In this document: one piece after another, positions 7,116 to 16,821 of the stretch | Layout: the number at the start of each line of letters is the position of its first letter | Numbering within the stretch: position 1 is the stretch's first letter | NCBI GenBank assembly: GCA_017439965.1 | Contig: JAFSID010000076.1 | Location: 1-57,699, forward strand | Direction: 5' to 3' | DNA: 57,699 nt | From: Clostridia bacterium | Lineage (GTDB): Bacteria; Bacillota; Clostridia; Oscillospirales; SIG627 | Translations under genes and position numbers: made by a program | Notes under the pieces: generated by a model | What the model saw: the letters and a program-made list of their open reading frames with translations, nothing else | The model's database searches: none | What the model was told of the DNA's origin: nothing

Positions 7116-8006
7116 TTGATGCATAAAGTCTGCAATCAATTGACAGATTTTATGATATCAACACCTACACAAAAAAAGGCGGTGCACGATATGCAGAAAA
7201 TCAGCTTTCAGAACATTAACGAGGATATTTCGTTTTATAACGTGTACGGAATGTTTCAGGTGTGGAACAAATCCAACGAATACAAGTATAATTACAGCAA
7301 TACCGCACGTCCGAATCACGGAATATTTTATGTCTTGTGCGATAACGTTTTATTTCAGTACGAGGACGGCAGGTCTGTCTCCTTTGAAAAAGGAAGCCTT
7401 ATATATATTCCCAAGGGATTAAAGTACAAAGCACGGATGTCGGATAAAAAAGAAGAATGTAATACTCTGCTAATTAATTTTTCAATCAAGGGTGACGTAA
7501 CCTTTTATGATGAAATTACACTTTTGACTTCATCCGCCTCAGAAAAATACTTAGAGGAAATATACAGTATAATTTCCGACTACCGCAGTAAAAAAAGCAG
7601 TTATTGTAATATTATGTCCTCTTTTTTCAAGCTTATCGGATACATCTCAGATCATATCGAAAAAAAGAATATCATCAGCCTCGGATATAAAAACATCCAG
7701 CCCGCTATATCGTATATCGACTTTCATCTGAATGAAAAGCTTTACATCCCCACCCTTGCAAAGATGTGTCATATGAGTGAATCCTGCTTCAGAAAGGATT
7801 TCAAAAAGCTAACAGGTCTGTCTCCTAACAATTATATTACGGGAAAAAGGTTGGAAAAAGCCGAAAAGATGCTGAAGAATGACGATATTCCAATCTCATC
7901 AATCGTCACCGAGCTTGGCTTTTATGATATATCATATTTTTATAAGGTGTTTACGAGTAAATGCGGTATAACCCCTATTGAATTCAGAAAAAATCACAAC
8001 GCATAA
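7116..8006 (+). CDS. AraC family transcriptional regulator (cupin + AraC HTH)
   Basis: C-terminus LAKMCHMSESCFRKDFKKLTGLSPNNYITGKRLEKAEKMLKNDDIPISSIVTELGFYDISYFYKVF. Start is uncertain (TTG 7116, ATG 7119, 7152 or 7191); 7191 has the best purine-rich RBS. Confidence 0.8.
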   Translation: MMHKVCNQLTDFMISTPTQKKAVHDMQKISFQNINEDISFYNVYGMFQVWNKSNEYKYNYSNTARPNHGIFYVLCDNVLFQYEDGRSVSFEKGSLIYIPKGLKYKARMSDKKEECNTLLINFSIKGDVTFYDEITLLTSSASEKYLEEIYSIISDYRSKKSSYCNIMSSFFKLIGYISDHIEKKNIISLGYKNIQPAISYIDFHLNEKLYIPTLAKMCHMSESCFRKDFKKLTGLSPNNYITGKRLEKAEKMLKNDDIPISSIVTELGFYDISYFYKVFTSKCGITPIEFRKNHNA

Positions 8007-8101
8007 GCTCCCATTGATTTCTGATCGTTTTTTAAGCAAAGCTCTTATGAGGTATAATATTCCAAATCACAAAAACAGGGCTTTGAATTTTTATGGATGC
8101 G

Positions 8102-8131
8102 TTGACATCAAGGATGCACATATGTTATAAT
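8102..8131 (+). promoter_or_regulatory. sigma-A type promoter for the GH20 gene
   Basis: TTGACA at 8102-8107, 18-nt spacer ending in TGT, TATAAT at 8126-8131. Confidence 0.55.
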
Positions 8132-8170
8132 ATTAAAAATTTCACAAAATCTATTGAGGAGAAATAAATT

Positions 8171-9802
8171 ATGAGTTCAATCACCTTTAAGCGTTTCGGT
8201 CCTATGTTTGATTGCTCAAGAAATGCGGTGCTTACGGTTAGCACCGTAAAGCAATTGGTCGATATCTGTGCGGACTTAGGCTATAAATCGTTTTTATTAT
8301 ACACAGAGGACACCTACGAGGTCCTTGACAATCCGTATTTCGGCTACGGAAGAGGCAGGTATTCCTGCGAGGAATTAAAAGAAATAGACCGATACACAAA
8401 GGAAAAGGGGCTTGAATTTATACCCTGCATACAAACGCTCGGTCATCTGACCTGCATCTTTAAGTGGGTCCCCTACGAAAAGCTTCGTGACTGTCACAAC
8501 ATTCTTATGCCGGGTGAAGAGGGCACCTACAAGCTTATTGACGATATGTTCCGCACGCTTTCGCAATGCATCTCCACCAAAACCGTAAACATCGGTCTTG
8601 ACGAAGCACATATGGTAGGCAGAGGACGTTACTACGACCTTCACGGAGACGTTGACCGTACAAGGCTTTTGGTAGAGCACGTTGCAAGGGTTGCTGAAAT
8701 TGCAAGCAAATACGGCTTCAGAGTTTGTATGTGGTCGGATATGTTCTTCCGTATAGCAAGCGGCGGCAACTATTACGATAGCAACGTGACGGTTTCCGAC
8801 GAGCTTAAGGCTATGATTCCCGACAACGTAGACTTAATTTATTGGGATTATTATTCCGCAAGCGTTTCTCGTTACGTTGATATGATGAGAGCGCACGACA
8901 AAATTAAATCGGGTAGCTGGTTTGCAGGTGTATTGGGCGCTTGCAGAGGCTTCTCGCCCTGCAATGGCTCAAGCATCAAAAACACCAAGGCGGCAATTGA
9001 AAGCTGCATTCAGGAGAAGGTTGAAAACGTATTCCTCACCTCCTGGGGTGACGACGGCGGAGAATGCTCACGCTTTTCCTTCCTCCCCTCTCTGCTGTTT
9101 GCGTCTGAAACTGCAAAGGGCAACGGAGATATGGAGGAAATCAAAAAGAAATTTGAAGAATACTTCGGAATTTCCTGGGACGGATTTATGCTCCTTGACC
9201 TGCTCAACGGTGACGTTCGTACCAACGCTTCAAAGTATTTACTTTACAACGACCTGTTCTTCGGCTTGGTGGATACTAAAATCAGCGAGGATATAGGCGA
9301 GCAATACGGAGCGCTTATAGAAAAGCTTGATGCATACCGCAGCAACTCACGCTTCGGTTATCTGTTCGATACCGCACACGCACTGTGCCGTGTATTAGAG
9401 ATAAAAGCAAATCTCGGTCAGAAAACGAGAGAGGTATACCAGTCGCGCGACAAAGAGGCTCTGTCTCAGCTCCTGCCGATTTACAAGGAGCTTTCGACAA
9501 GGCTCAAGGCGTTCTACGAAGCCTTCAGGACTCAATGGTTTAAGGAAAACAAGCCCTTCGGCTTTGACGTTCAGGACATCCGTCTGGGCGGACTTATGAC
9601 GAGAGTCGAGCATTGTACTTATATGCTTACTCAATATCTCAACGGAGAAATCGAAAAAATCGACGAGCTTGAGGAAACGCTTCTTGATTACAGCGGAGAG
9701 GGTGAAAGCCGTGTAATCAACGACAGAATGTCGCTCGATTACAGATATATGATAACCCCCAACGTCCTCGTTGAGCCTAACGCGGTCTTTACCTGCTTAT
9801 AA
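8171..9802 (+). CDS. glycoside hydrolase family 20-like (beta-N-acetylhexosaminidase family)
   Basis: MFDCSRN...LLYTEDTYEV...GRGRYS..EL..I...A...G.E.IPCIQTLGHL...IGLDEAH (D-E catalytic pair context). Paralog of 55545-57425. Confidence 0.7.
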   Translation: MSSITFKRFGPMFDCSRNAVLTVSTVKQLVDICADLGYKSFLLYTEDTYEVLDNPYFGYGRGRYSCEELKEIDRYTKEKGLEFIPCIQTLGHLTCIFKWVPYEKLRDCHNILMPGEEGTYKLIDDMFRTLSQCISTKTVNIGLDEAHMVGRGRYYDLHGDVDRTRLLVEHVARVAEIASKYGFRVCMWSDMFFRIASGGNYYDSNVTVSDELKAMIPDNVDLIYWDYYSASVSRYVDMMRAHDKIKSGSWFAGVLGACRGFSPCNGSSIKNTKAAIESCIQEKVENVFLTSWGDDGGECSRFSFLPSLLFASETAKGNGDMEEIKKKFEEYFGISWDGFMLLDLLNGDVRTNASKYLLYNDLFFGLVDTKISEDIGEQYGALIEKLDAYRSNSRFGYLFDTAHALCRVLEIKANLGQKTREVYQSRDKEALSQLLPIYKELSTRLKAFYEAFRTQWFKENKPFGFDVQDIRLGGLMTRVEHCTYMLTQYLNGEIEKIDELEETLLDYSGEGESRVINDRMSLDYRYMITPNVLVEPNAVFTCL

Positions 9803-9809
9803 AAAAACA

Positions 9810-9838
9810 ACGGCTATGAAACAACGTTTCATAGCCGT
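9810..9838. terminator. bidirectional terminator hairpin between GH20 and trpB
   Basis: ACGGCTATGAAAC (9810-9822) pairs with GTTTCATAGCCGT (9826-9838), with an A-run upstream and a T-run downstream. Confidence 0.7.
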
Positions 9839-9844
9839 CAATTT

Positions 9845-11065
9845 TTATCTTAAGCCGTATTTTTCAATAACGGAATCGAGGTCCTTATCACCTCTGCCTG
9901 AGAGGTTAATAAGCACTGAGCCGTGCTCCATAGTCTTGGCAAGCTTCATACCGTATGCCACTGCGTGTGAGCTTTCAATTGCAGGGATGATACCCTCAAG
10001 TCTTGAAAGCTTATAGAAGGCGTCGATGGTTTCCTCGTCGTCGATAACGTCGTACTTAACTCTTCCGATGCTCTGAAGGAAGGCGTGCTCGGGACCCGAG
10101 GAGGGATAGTCAAGACCGCTCGCTATCGAGTAAACGGGAGCAGGCTCACCGTTCTCGTCCTTAAGCATAATACTGTTAAAGCCATGCATAATTCCCTCGG
10201 TGCCGTACTTAAGGCTTGCGGCGTGGTCACCAAGCTTCTCGCCTCTTCCGAGAGGCTCGATACCGTATATTTCAACGGGGTCGTTGAGGAAGCCCGAGAA
10301 AAGACCTGCGGCGTTACTTCCGCCACCTACACAAGCAACGATTGCGTTGGGAAGATGACCCGTCATATCAACGAACTGCTCACGCGCCTCTTCACCGATA
10401 ACACTCTGGAAATCACGAACCATCATAGGAAAGGGATGAGGACCGAGTACAGAGCCTATGCAGTAAATGGCGTCCTTATACTCACGGCTGTATGCGTCAA
10501 AAGCGGCGTCAACAGCCTCCTTGAGAGTCTGGAGACCGTGAGTTACCTCGATAACCCTTGCACCAAGCACCTTCATACGAGTTACGTTGGGAGCCTGCTT
10601 CTTGATATCGACGGAGCCCATATAAATATCACATTCAAGTCCGAAATAAGCTGCGGCGGTAGCAAGCGCAACACCGTGCTGTCCTGCGCCCGTTTCAGCG
10701 ATAACCTTCTTCTTGCCCATATACTTTGCAAGAAGCGCTTCGCCCATACAGTGATTAAGCTTGTGAGCGCCCGAATGATTGAGGTCCTCACGCTTTGCGT
10801 AAAGCTGTACTCTGCCTCCCATATAGTCGGAAAGACGCTCAAGGTGAGAAATGGGAGTAGGTCTGCCCTGAAACTCCTTACGGATACGGCGAAGCTCGGC
10901 AATAAACTTTCTCGACTGGCAAATGGTGAAGTAAGCCTCGGTAATCTCCTCCATTGCAACACGAATCTTATCCTCAACGAATACGCCTCCGTACTTACCG
11001 AAGTAGCCGTTCTTGTCGGGATAATTATTAAAATAGGTATCAAAATCTACGTTATTGAATTTCAT
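9845..11065 (-). CDS. trpB: tryptophan synthase beta subunit
   Basis: [11 protein letters not shown]...GRPTP...[18 protein letters not shown]...[19 protein letters not shown]. No trpA adjacent. Confidence 0.9.
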   Translation of the reverse strand: MKFNNVDFDTYFNNYPDKNGYFGKYGGVFVEDKIRVAMEEITEAYFTICQSRKFIAELRRIRKEFQGRPTPISHLERLSDYMGGRVQLYAKREDLNHSGAHKLNHCMGEALLAKYMGKKKVIAETGAGQHGVALATAAAYFGLECDIYMGSVDIKKQAPNVTRMKVLGARVIEVTHGLQTLKEAVDAAFDAYSREYKDAIYCIGSVLGPHPFPMMVRDFQSVIGEEAREQFVDMTGHLPNAIVACVGGGSNAAGLFSGFLNDPVEIYGIEPLGRGEKLGDHAASLKYGTEGIMHGFNSIMLKDENGEPAPVYSIASGLDYPSSGPEHAFLQSIGRVKYDVIDDEETIDAFYKLSRLEGIIPAIESSHAVAYGMKLAKTMEHGSVLINLSGRGDKDLDSVIEKYGLR

Positions 11066-11168
11066 TTTATTTCCTCCAAAAATATATCGTTTGTTATCGT
11101 TTTAGTTAGTTCAAGGAGCTACGCCATCGTAATGCAGTAATCATTTTTACCTCCGACCTGTCTGTCAA

Positions 11169-11450
11169 CAAAAAATCCTTGACAGAGTAATACTTCTGTC
11201 AAGGACGAATAATCAATATCCGCGGTGCCACCTTGCTTTCACGGGAGTCCCGTGCACTTTTGAGATACAAGCATATCCCCGATAATTAACGCATATCAAA
11301 CGTTGCAGAATACTTTGCGACAAATCGCATTTGACTGCACCCTCCGCGGTCCATTTGACAACTTGTTTCTTACCTGACTCTCAGCATCGCAGGCTCTCTG
11401 TAAAGGCATCATTGCCGTTATCTCCGCTTCAACGGTTTAATCTATTGTAC
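11169..11450 (-). promoter_or_regulatory. T-box leader, probable Trp (UGG) specifier, with terminator/antiterminator
   Basis: On the minus strand: CAGAGAGCC...GCTGAGAG stem I elements, UGG-A at 11353-11350, T-box sequence AGGTGGCACCGCGG (complement of 11221-11234), then terminator TCCTTGACAGA...TCTGTCAAGGA plus T6 (11205-11170). Confidence 0.8.
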
Positions 11451-11468
11451 CACCATTATATTTGATTG

Positions 11469-12233
11469 TCAAGAGTTTTTTAACGGAGAAATTGCAATAT
11501 TTTCTCTCGCTAACGCCTCGCGTATTTTTACAATCAGCTCAAGCGCCTCGGGATTATCTCCGTGAACGCAGATGGAATCGGGAATGATTTCCACAATTTT
11601 TCCGTTAACCGATTTAACGGTATGCTCCTTTACCATCTGCACGACACGTTCTGCCACACGCTCACCATCGTGAATTACAGAGCCTTTTTTAGAGCGTGAA
11701 ACGAGCGTTCCGTCATCCTCGTACTCGCGGTCCGCAAAGACCTCGGAGGCACACGGAAGTCCTATCCCTCTTGCCTCGTTCAGCATTTCACTTCCTGCAA
11801 GACCGAGAAGAATAAGAGACGGGTCATATTTATACACCGCACGGCAAATAGCCGAGGCAAGCTTTTTATCCTTAGCCGCCATATTATAAAGAGCGCCGTG
11901 AGGCTTTACGTGTTGAAGCGTGACACCCTCAGCTCTGCAAAAGGCATCAAGCGCACCTACCTGATAAAGAATGAGATTTTCGGCTTCTTTTTCGGAAATG
12001 GTCATATTACGCCGTCCGAAGCCCTCAAGGTCACGAAAGCCCGGATGAGCACCGACAGACACTCTGAGAGCTTTACAAAGAGCAACGGTTTCAGCCATAA
12101 CACACGGGTCGCCTGCATGATATCCGCAAGCAACGTTTGCCGAGGTTATAAACGGAATAACGTCACAGTCTCCGCCTATTTTATACGCTCCGAAGCTTTC
12201 TCCGAGGTCGCAATTCAAATCCACCTTATACAT
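11469..12233 (-). CDS. pxpA: 5-oxoprolinase subunit A (LamB/YcsF family)
   Basis: MYKVDLNCDLGESFG...SANVACGYHAGDP signature. Confidence 0.85.
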   Translation of the reverse strand: MYKVDLNCDLGESFGAYKIGGDCDVIPFITSANVACGYHAGDPCVMAETVALCKALRVSVGAHPGFRDLEGFGRRNMTISEKEAENLILYQVGALDAFCRAEGVTLQHVKPHGALYNMAAKDKKLASAICRAVYKYDPSLILLGLAGSEMLNEARGIGLPCASEVFADREYEDDGTLVSRSKKGSVIHDGERVAERVVQMVKEHTVKSVNGKIVEIIPDSICVHGDNPEALELIVKIREALARENIAISPLKNS

Positions 12234-12236
12234 AAT

Positions 12237-13022
12237 TCAATCCTTCAAAAGAGTATTTTTAACATCGGTTATAAACATATGCCCGGGTGCGTGAGATATG
12301 GCAACAGGAGGCTTTGCGCTCATAACCACCGATTGAGGAGTAACACCGCAGCACCAGAAAACAGGTATTTCTCCGTCATTTACCGTAACGGAATCTCCAA
12401 AGTCGGGCTTGTTAATATCCTTGATACCGATAGCCTCGGGATTTCCGATGTGAATGGGCGCACCGTGTACTCTCGGCATTGAGGCTGTAATGCTCGTTGC
12501 CTTGATTGCCTGCTCGGGAGTCATAGGTCGCATACTTACGACCGTCTTGCCGTGGAATATTCCTGCGCCGTCGCATTCAATATTCGTCATATACATCGGT
12601 ACGTTACGTCCCTCTTCGATATGTCTCACGGGCACGTCAGCGGCTAAAAGCTCACTCTCAAAGGAGAAGGAGCAGCCGATGAGAAAGTAAACGAAATCGT
12701 CACGCCATAAATTCTCAATGCTCTCGTATTCACCGACGAGAGTACCGTTTTCCCAAAGTCTGTATTTCGGGATATCGGTTGCGATATCGGCGTTGTCAGC
12801 CATTCTCTTAACAAGACGGCTTCCAACGTCTCCCACCTCCAAAAGAGGACAGGATTTGGGGTTACGCTGTGTAAAAAGCAAGAAGTCGTATGCCTCGGAT
12901 TTCGGCAATATCAAAAGGTTAGCCTGAGCGTAGCCGTCGCACATTCCCGAGGTCTGCGTATTTATTTTTCCTTCACGGATGAGCGCTCTTGCCTCGCTCG
13001 GCAAAAGCCTTGAATAATCCAT
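12237..13022 (-). CDS. DUF1445/UPF0317 putative hydro-lyase (D-glutamate cyclase-like domain)
   Basis: ARALIREGKINTQTSGMCDGYAQANLLILPKSEAYDFLLFTQRNPKSCPLLEV. The ATG at 13022 has GGAGG 7 nt upstream (ORF track extends to GTG 13043). Confidence 0.7.
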   Translation of the reverse strand: MDYSRLLPSEARALIREGKINTQTSGMCDGYAQANLLILPKSEAYDFLLFTQRNPKSCPLLEVGDVGSRLVKRMADNADIATDIPKYRLWENGTLVGEYESIENLWRDDFVYFLIGCSFSFESELLAADVPVRHIEEGRNVPMYMTNIECDGAGIFHGKTVVSMRPMTPEQAIKATSITASMPRVHGAPIHIGNPEAIGIKDINKPDFGDSVTVNDGEIPVFWCCGVTPQSVVMSAKPPVAISHAPGHMFITDVKNTLLKD

Positions 13023-13023
13023 A

Positions 13024-13983
13024 TCAATACCTCCATGCCGCACACAAAAATCTGTACTGCAATAACTTGAATTTTCTGTTCTCCCTTTTCAAAAGAGAGA
13101 CAGCCTTTTTCTCACTGACGGCTACAAAGCGAAGCTTATCCCCTGCCCTTGCCTGAGCAATGAGCTTGAGGTCTGCCGTTATCACGGTGGCTATCTTTGC
13201 ATAGCCTCCCGTCGTCTGTCTGTCCGACATCATAATAATGGGAGTGCCCGCAGAGGTTATCTGTACCGAGCCCGTTGCCATACCGTCGGATATTATATCA
13301 ACACCGTCAAGGCTTTCAACGGGGTCACCCTCAAGCCTTACGCCCATACGGTCGGACTTATCGGACACTGTGTATTCCTTTGAAAAAAAGTCTTCTATTC
13401 CTTTTTCGGTGAACAATGAAGCCTGTGGACCTAAAAGCACTCTTACCTCATACTCTGACGGATAATCGTTTTCGGAGTCTACCCTACGCTCACCGACGAG
13501 TGAAAGAGGTATGCTATGCCTTAAGGGAATAAAATCACCTGCACGAAGCTTACGTCCCTCAAAGCCTCCGAGACTGCATTTCAGGTTGGTTGAAGCGCTA
13601 CCCATTACCTCGGGAATATCGAAGCCTCCCGCTACCGCAAGATATGACCGCAGACCGCTTTTTGCAAGCTTCATAGTAAGCAGGTCACCTGCGTTTACCT
13701 CAACCGAGGTATACGTCTCAATAGGCTTTCCGTTTATTTCGGGAGACATATCCGCGCCCGTCAGCGCGATAACGGTATTACACTCAAAGCGGAGAGTCAT
13801 ACCGAGAAGCGTCATTTCAATAACCGCCTCGTTCAAGGAGTTGGAAACGAGCAGATTCGCAAGCTTCATAGAGTAGGTATCCATTGCACCGCTCGGAGAA
13901 AAGCCGAGGCTCATATATCCGTATCTTCCTCCGTCCTGAACGGTTGACAGAGATCCTGCGTTGATTACGGTAATTCCCGTCAC
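13024..13983 (-). CDS. pxpC: 5-oxoprolinase subunit C (KipA / allophanate hydrolase subunit 2 family)
   Basis: ITVINAGSLSTVQDGGRYGY...GFSPSGAMD signature. GTG start overlaps the pxpB stop (GTGA). Confidence 0.85.
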   Translation of the reverse strand: MTGITVINAGSLSTVQDGGRYGYMSLGFSPSGAMDTYSMKLANLLVSNSLNEAVIEMTLLGMTLRFECNTVIALTGADMSPEINGKPIETYTSVEVNAGDLLTMKLAKSGLRSYLAVAGGFDIPEVMGSASTNLKCSLGGFEGRKLRAGDFIPLRHSIPLSLVGERRVDSENDYPSEYEVRVLLGPQASLFTEKGIEDFFSKEYTVSDKSDRMGVRLEGDPVESLDGVDIISDGMATGSVQITSAGTPIIMMSDRQTTGGYAKIATVITADLKLIAQARAGDKLRFVAVSEKKAVSLLKRENRKFKLLQYRFLCAAWRY

Positions 13984-14687
13984 GGTGTCACCTCCTCAAC
14001 CCTCACCTTACATTCACCCCTGACAAATTCGTCATAGGTTATGGGATAAAATTTGATTCGGTCGCCTGCCTTATAAAGTATCGGGTCATCGCTGTGAGGG
14101 GTATAAACCCTTATAGGAGTTCTGCCTATTAAACGCCATCCGCCGGGAGAAGCAAGCGGATAGATTCCCGTCTGCTTACCGCCGATTCCGACCGAGCCCT
14201 CCGGTATGAGAGTTCTCGGGGTATCAAGTCGCGGAGTCTCAAGCCTTTTATCAAGACCTCCGAGATAAGCAAAGCCGGGTAAAAAGCCGAGCATATAAAT
14301 AAGATACTCGGGAGAGGTATGGAGTGCAATAACCTCGTCGCGTGTCAGTCCCGTATGCGCACACACGCTTTCCATATCGGGAGAAAGCTCTCCGTCATAG
14401 CAAACGGGTATATGAAAGAGTCTTCCGCCGTTAATCGTTGACGGCTTGTAGTCCTCAATTATTCTGCGTATAGCCCTTTCAAGCCTCGCTTTGCTCGTTT
14501 TGAACGGGTCAAAATATACGGTGAGTGAGCAGAATGTGGGAACGCTTTCAATAACTCCCTTCAAATGCTTTTCGTCAAGGCTTGAGGAAATATAGCGGAT
14601 AAGCTTATTCGTATCTTCGTTTATATCCCGTGACAGCTCAACGGTCACGGCACTGTCACCGCAGCTCAAAAATCTTATATCACACAT
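13980..14687 (-). CDS. pxpB: 5-oxoprolinase subunit B (KipI / allophanate hydrolase subunit 1 family)
   Basis: MCDIRFLSCGDSAVTVEL...VPTFCSLTVYFDP...GFLPGFAYLGGLD. The ATG at 14687 overlaps the upstream stop (ATGTGTGA); the ORF-track N-terminal extension is unlikely. Confidence 0.8.
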   Translation of the reverse strand: MCDIRFLSCGDSAVTVELSRDINEDTNKLIRYISSSLDEKHLKGVIESVPTFCSLTVYFDPFKTSKARLERAIRRIIEDYKPSTINGGRLFHIPVCYDGELSPDMESVCAHTGLTRDEVIALHTSPEYLIYMLGFLPGFAYLGGLDKRLETPRLDTPRTLIPEGSVGIGGKQTGIYPLASPGGWRLIGRTPIRVYTPHSDDPILYKAGDRIKFYPITYDEFVRGECKVRVEEVTP

Positions 14688-15759
14688 TGTAACGTCCTTC
14701 AAAATAGCCGAGCTCGTCAACCTTTTCAAACCAGGTCTTGCAGGTCTCACGAAGCGAAAGAGCACTCGAAACAAGCTCACGCATAAGTGAGACGATGGGC
14801 AAATTAATTTCAAGTCCGAAGCCGTCGATTGCGGGAATGAGCCAGCCGTACATATCAATCATACCGCTTCGGCTTGCACATACGACCGCTTCCCTTTCAA
14901 GCTCGGAGGTGTGCATTATATCAATATTCTCAAGCAAAAAAGCAAGCGAGGCAATAAGAGCGTAGCAACCCCAATCGGAAACGGTTGCGGTAATAAGGTG
15001 GTCGGCACTCGTTTTTGCCGCAATACCTCCTCCGCATCCGCAACGGCAAGCACCGTTTTGAGCATACGGAATATATTTCTCAAGCGTTTCGGAAACAGCG
15101 CCCATTCCTATTTCGTTTCCAAGGTCTCCTATGGCAATATTCAAAACGCCCATTTTCTGCAATTTTTCAAAGAGGACGTCCTGCTTTGCCTCAAGCTCGG
15201 TAACGTCAAGCCCCGTGGCGTTATGGTAAACGCCGAGAGCATTCGCACCCGGACACTCAACGCTGATAACGGCAGAAGGAGTAGCCCTTGAAATGATTTC
15301 ATCCGCTTGAGCGGATGCCCTTGCGCTATCCTTGGTAAAATATATGACACCCATTGAAACGGGCATTTCCTTTAATTCATCTAAATCCTCGTGAAGATGC
15401 AGACCTACGCACGCCGACATATTCTCAACGGCGACTCTGTTATCCTCGGGACAGATTATAACGGGCTTTACATCAAACGCCTTTACAAGCGCGCGACAAA
15501 GAAGCATTGAGCTGACGATACCGTCCATCTCCGCTTTTTTAAAGGGACGAAGCACGAAGCCCGTCATTATAAAAACGAAATCTCCCGCCTTAACAGTCGA
15601 AACGAGCGCCTCGGCAGACTTCATTGCACAAGGTCCGCCCGCCCTCTCTCTCGACGCCTTATAAAGTATTTTACAAACGCCGTAGCCTCTCGGGTCGAGG
15701 TTTGCAAGGTCGTCAAGGCTTTGTCCTAAATTCAGTTTTGTAAGCTCCTGCTGTGTCAT
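14680..15759 (-). CDS. DUF4392-like (D-glutamate cyclase-like) protein
   Basis: Resemblance to the DUF4392 pattern (...IMTGF.....AEMDG...LL.RAL......V.I.PED). Start at ATG 15759 (MTQQELTKL) or 15792/15819. Confidence 0.5.
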   Translation of the reverse strand: MTQQELTKLNLGQSLDDLANLDPRGYGVCKILYKASRERAGGPCAMKSAEALVSTVKAGDFVFIMTGFVLRPFKKAEMDGIVSSMLLCRALVKAFDVKPVIICPEDNRVAVENMSACVGLHLHEDLDELKEMPVSMGVIYFTKDSARASAQADEIISRATPSAVISVECPGANALGVYHNATGLDVTELEAKQDVLFEKLQKMGVLNIAIGDLGNEIGMGAVSETLEKYIPYAQNGACRCGCGGGIAAKTSADHLITATVSDWGCYALIASLAFLLENIDIMHTSELEREAVVCASRSGMIDMYGWLIPAIDGFGLEINLPIVSLMRELVSSALSLRETCKTWFEKVDELGYFEGRYNV

Positions 15760-15838
15760 AGCTTTATGTACCTTTCTGTAATGTATTTTCATTGTACCAC
15801 AACAAGTCAGAATAATCAAGATTATTGATAAATATTAC

Positions 15839-15870
15839 TTGACAAATAATACTATGCGTGATATAGTATT
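15839..15870 (+). promoter_or_regulatory. sigma-A promoter with an overlapping 8-bp inverted repeat (candidate PadR operator)
   Basis: TTGACA 15839-15844, 17-nt spacer, TATAGT 15862-15867. AATACTAT (15848-15855) and ATAGTATT (15863-15870) form a perfect inverted repeat. Confidence 0.6.
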
Positions 15871-15890
15871 ATACATAAGGAGGTATAATT

Positions 15891-16214
15891 ATGGATATTC
15901 AGATAAAACGCGGACTTTTAGACGTATGCGTGCTTGCGGCAATAAAGAACGAGGACTCATACGGATATCGGATAATAAAGGATTTAAGCCCATACGTTGA
16001 AATCTCAGAGTCAACCCTCTACCCTATTTTAAGAAGACTTGAAGCAGGAGAGCTATTGACTGTAAGAAGTGCCGAGCATAACGGCAGACTAAGAAAATAC
16101 TATCACATCACACCTCTCGGTATTGAGCGCATAAACGAATTTAAAAACGAGTGGAGCGAAATCACTTCAATCTACAAATTCATCACAAAGGAGGACGAGC
16201 ATGAACAAGCTTGA
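15891..16214 (+). CDS. PadR family transcriptional regulator
   Basis: LDVCVLAAIKNEDSYGYRIIKDL...STLYPILRRLEAGELL...RKYYHITPLG. Confidence 0.9.
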   Translation: MDIQIKRGLLDVCVLAAIKNEDSYGYRIIKDLSPYVEISESTLYPILRRLEAGELLTVRSAEHNGRLRKYYHITPLGIERINEFKNEWSEITSIYKFITKEDEHEQA

Positions 16215-16821
16215 GTTTTTGGACAAGCTGAGCGAAAGGCTGGCAGGAATACCCGAGGCTGACAGACGTATGACGCTTGACTATTATAACGAAATAATCG
16301 ACGACAGAATAGAATCAGGCTTTAGCGAGGAGGAAGCAGTAAAGGCTCTCGGCTCACTTGATTCAATCGTATCGCAGGTAGTATTCGATATGCCTGCCAA
16401 AAGACTTGCAAAGGAGCAGGCAGAGAAGGAGAAAAAAGAAAAGTCACGCCGTTCACCTCAAGGCTGGGAGATACTTCTGCTCATTCTCGGTGCGCCCTTG
16501 TGGATTAGCTTACTTATCACTGTATTTGCGATAATTCTCTCGGTTTTAATAGCGATAGGAGCCGTAGTCGTAAGCTTATACGCTATTGATTTTGCCGTTG
16601 CGATATCGGGACTTGCTCTGATTCTTGCGGGAATAATTCTGTTTATTACGGGTCATCCCATTCCCGCCTGGTTCTCGTTCGGCGTGGGTCTTATATTGGT
16701 TGGCGTATCAATACTTGCCTTCCTTGCCTTCGGGCTTATTGCAAAGGGACTCTTTTACGTCTCAAAAATGATGCTTCGCGGAATAAGACGCGTTCTCTTC
16801 GGAAGGAGGAATAAAAAATGA
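16201..16821 (+). CDS. DUF1700-like membrane protein (PadR-associated)
   Basis: MNKLEFLDKLSERLAGIPEADRRMTLDYYNEIIDD..., followed by several TM helices. Overlaps the padR stop. Confidence 0.7.
   Translation: MNKLEFLDKLSERLAGIPEADRRMTLDYYNEIIDDRIESGFSEEEAVKALGSLDSIVSQVVFDMPAKRLAKEQAEKEKKEKSRRSPQGWEILLLILGAPLWISLLITVFAIILSVLIAIGAVVVSLYAIDFAVAISGLALILAGIILFITGHPIPAWFSFGVGLILVGVSILAFLAFGLIAKGLFYVSKMMLRGIRRVLFGRRNKK

Noticed and set aside
10085..11140. 351-aa ORF antisense to trpB, and similar long antisense ORFs (17123-17689, 33639-34538, 44030-44779, 48109-48567, 56421-57011).
   Set aside because: They lie opposite strongly supported genes. Their composition is low-complexity or atypical, and they have no RBS or recognisable motifs.
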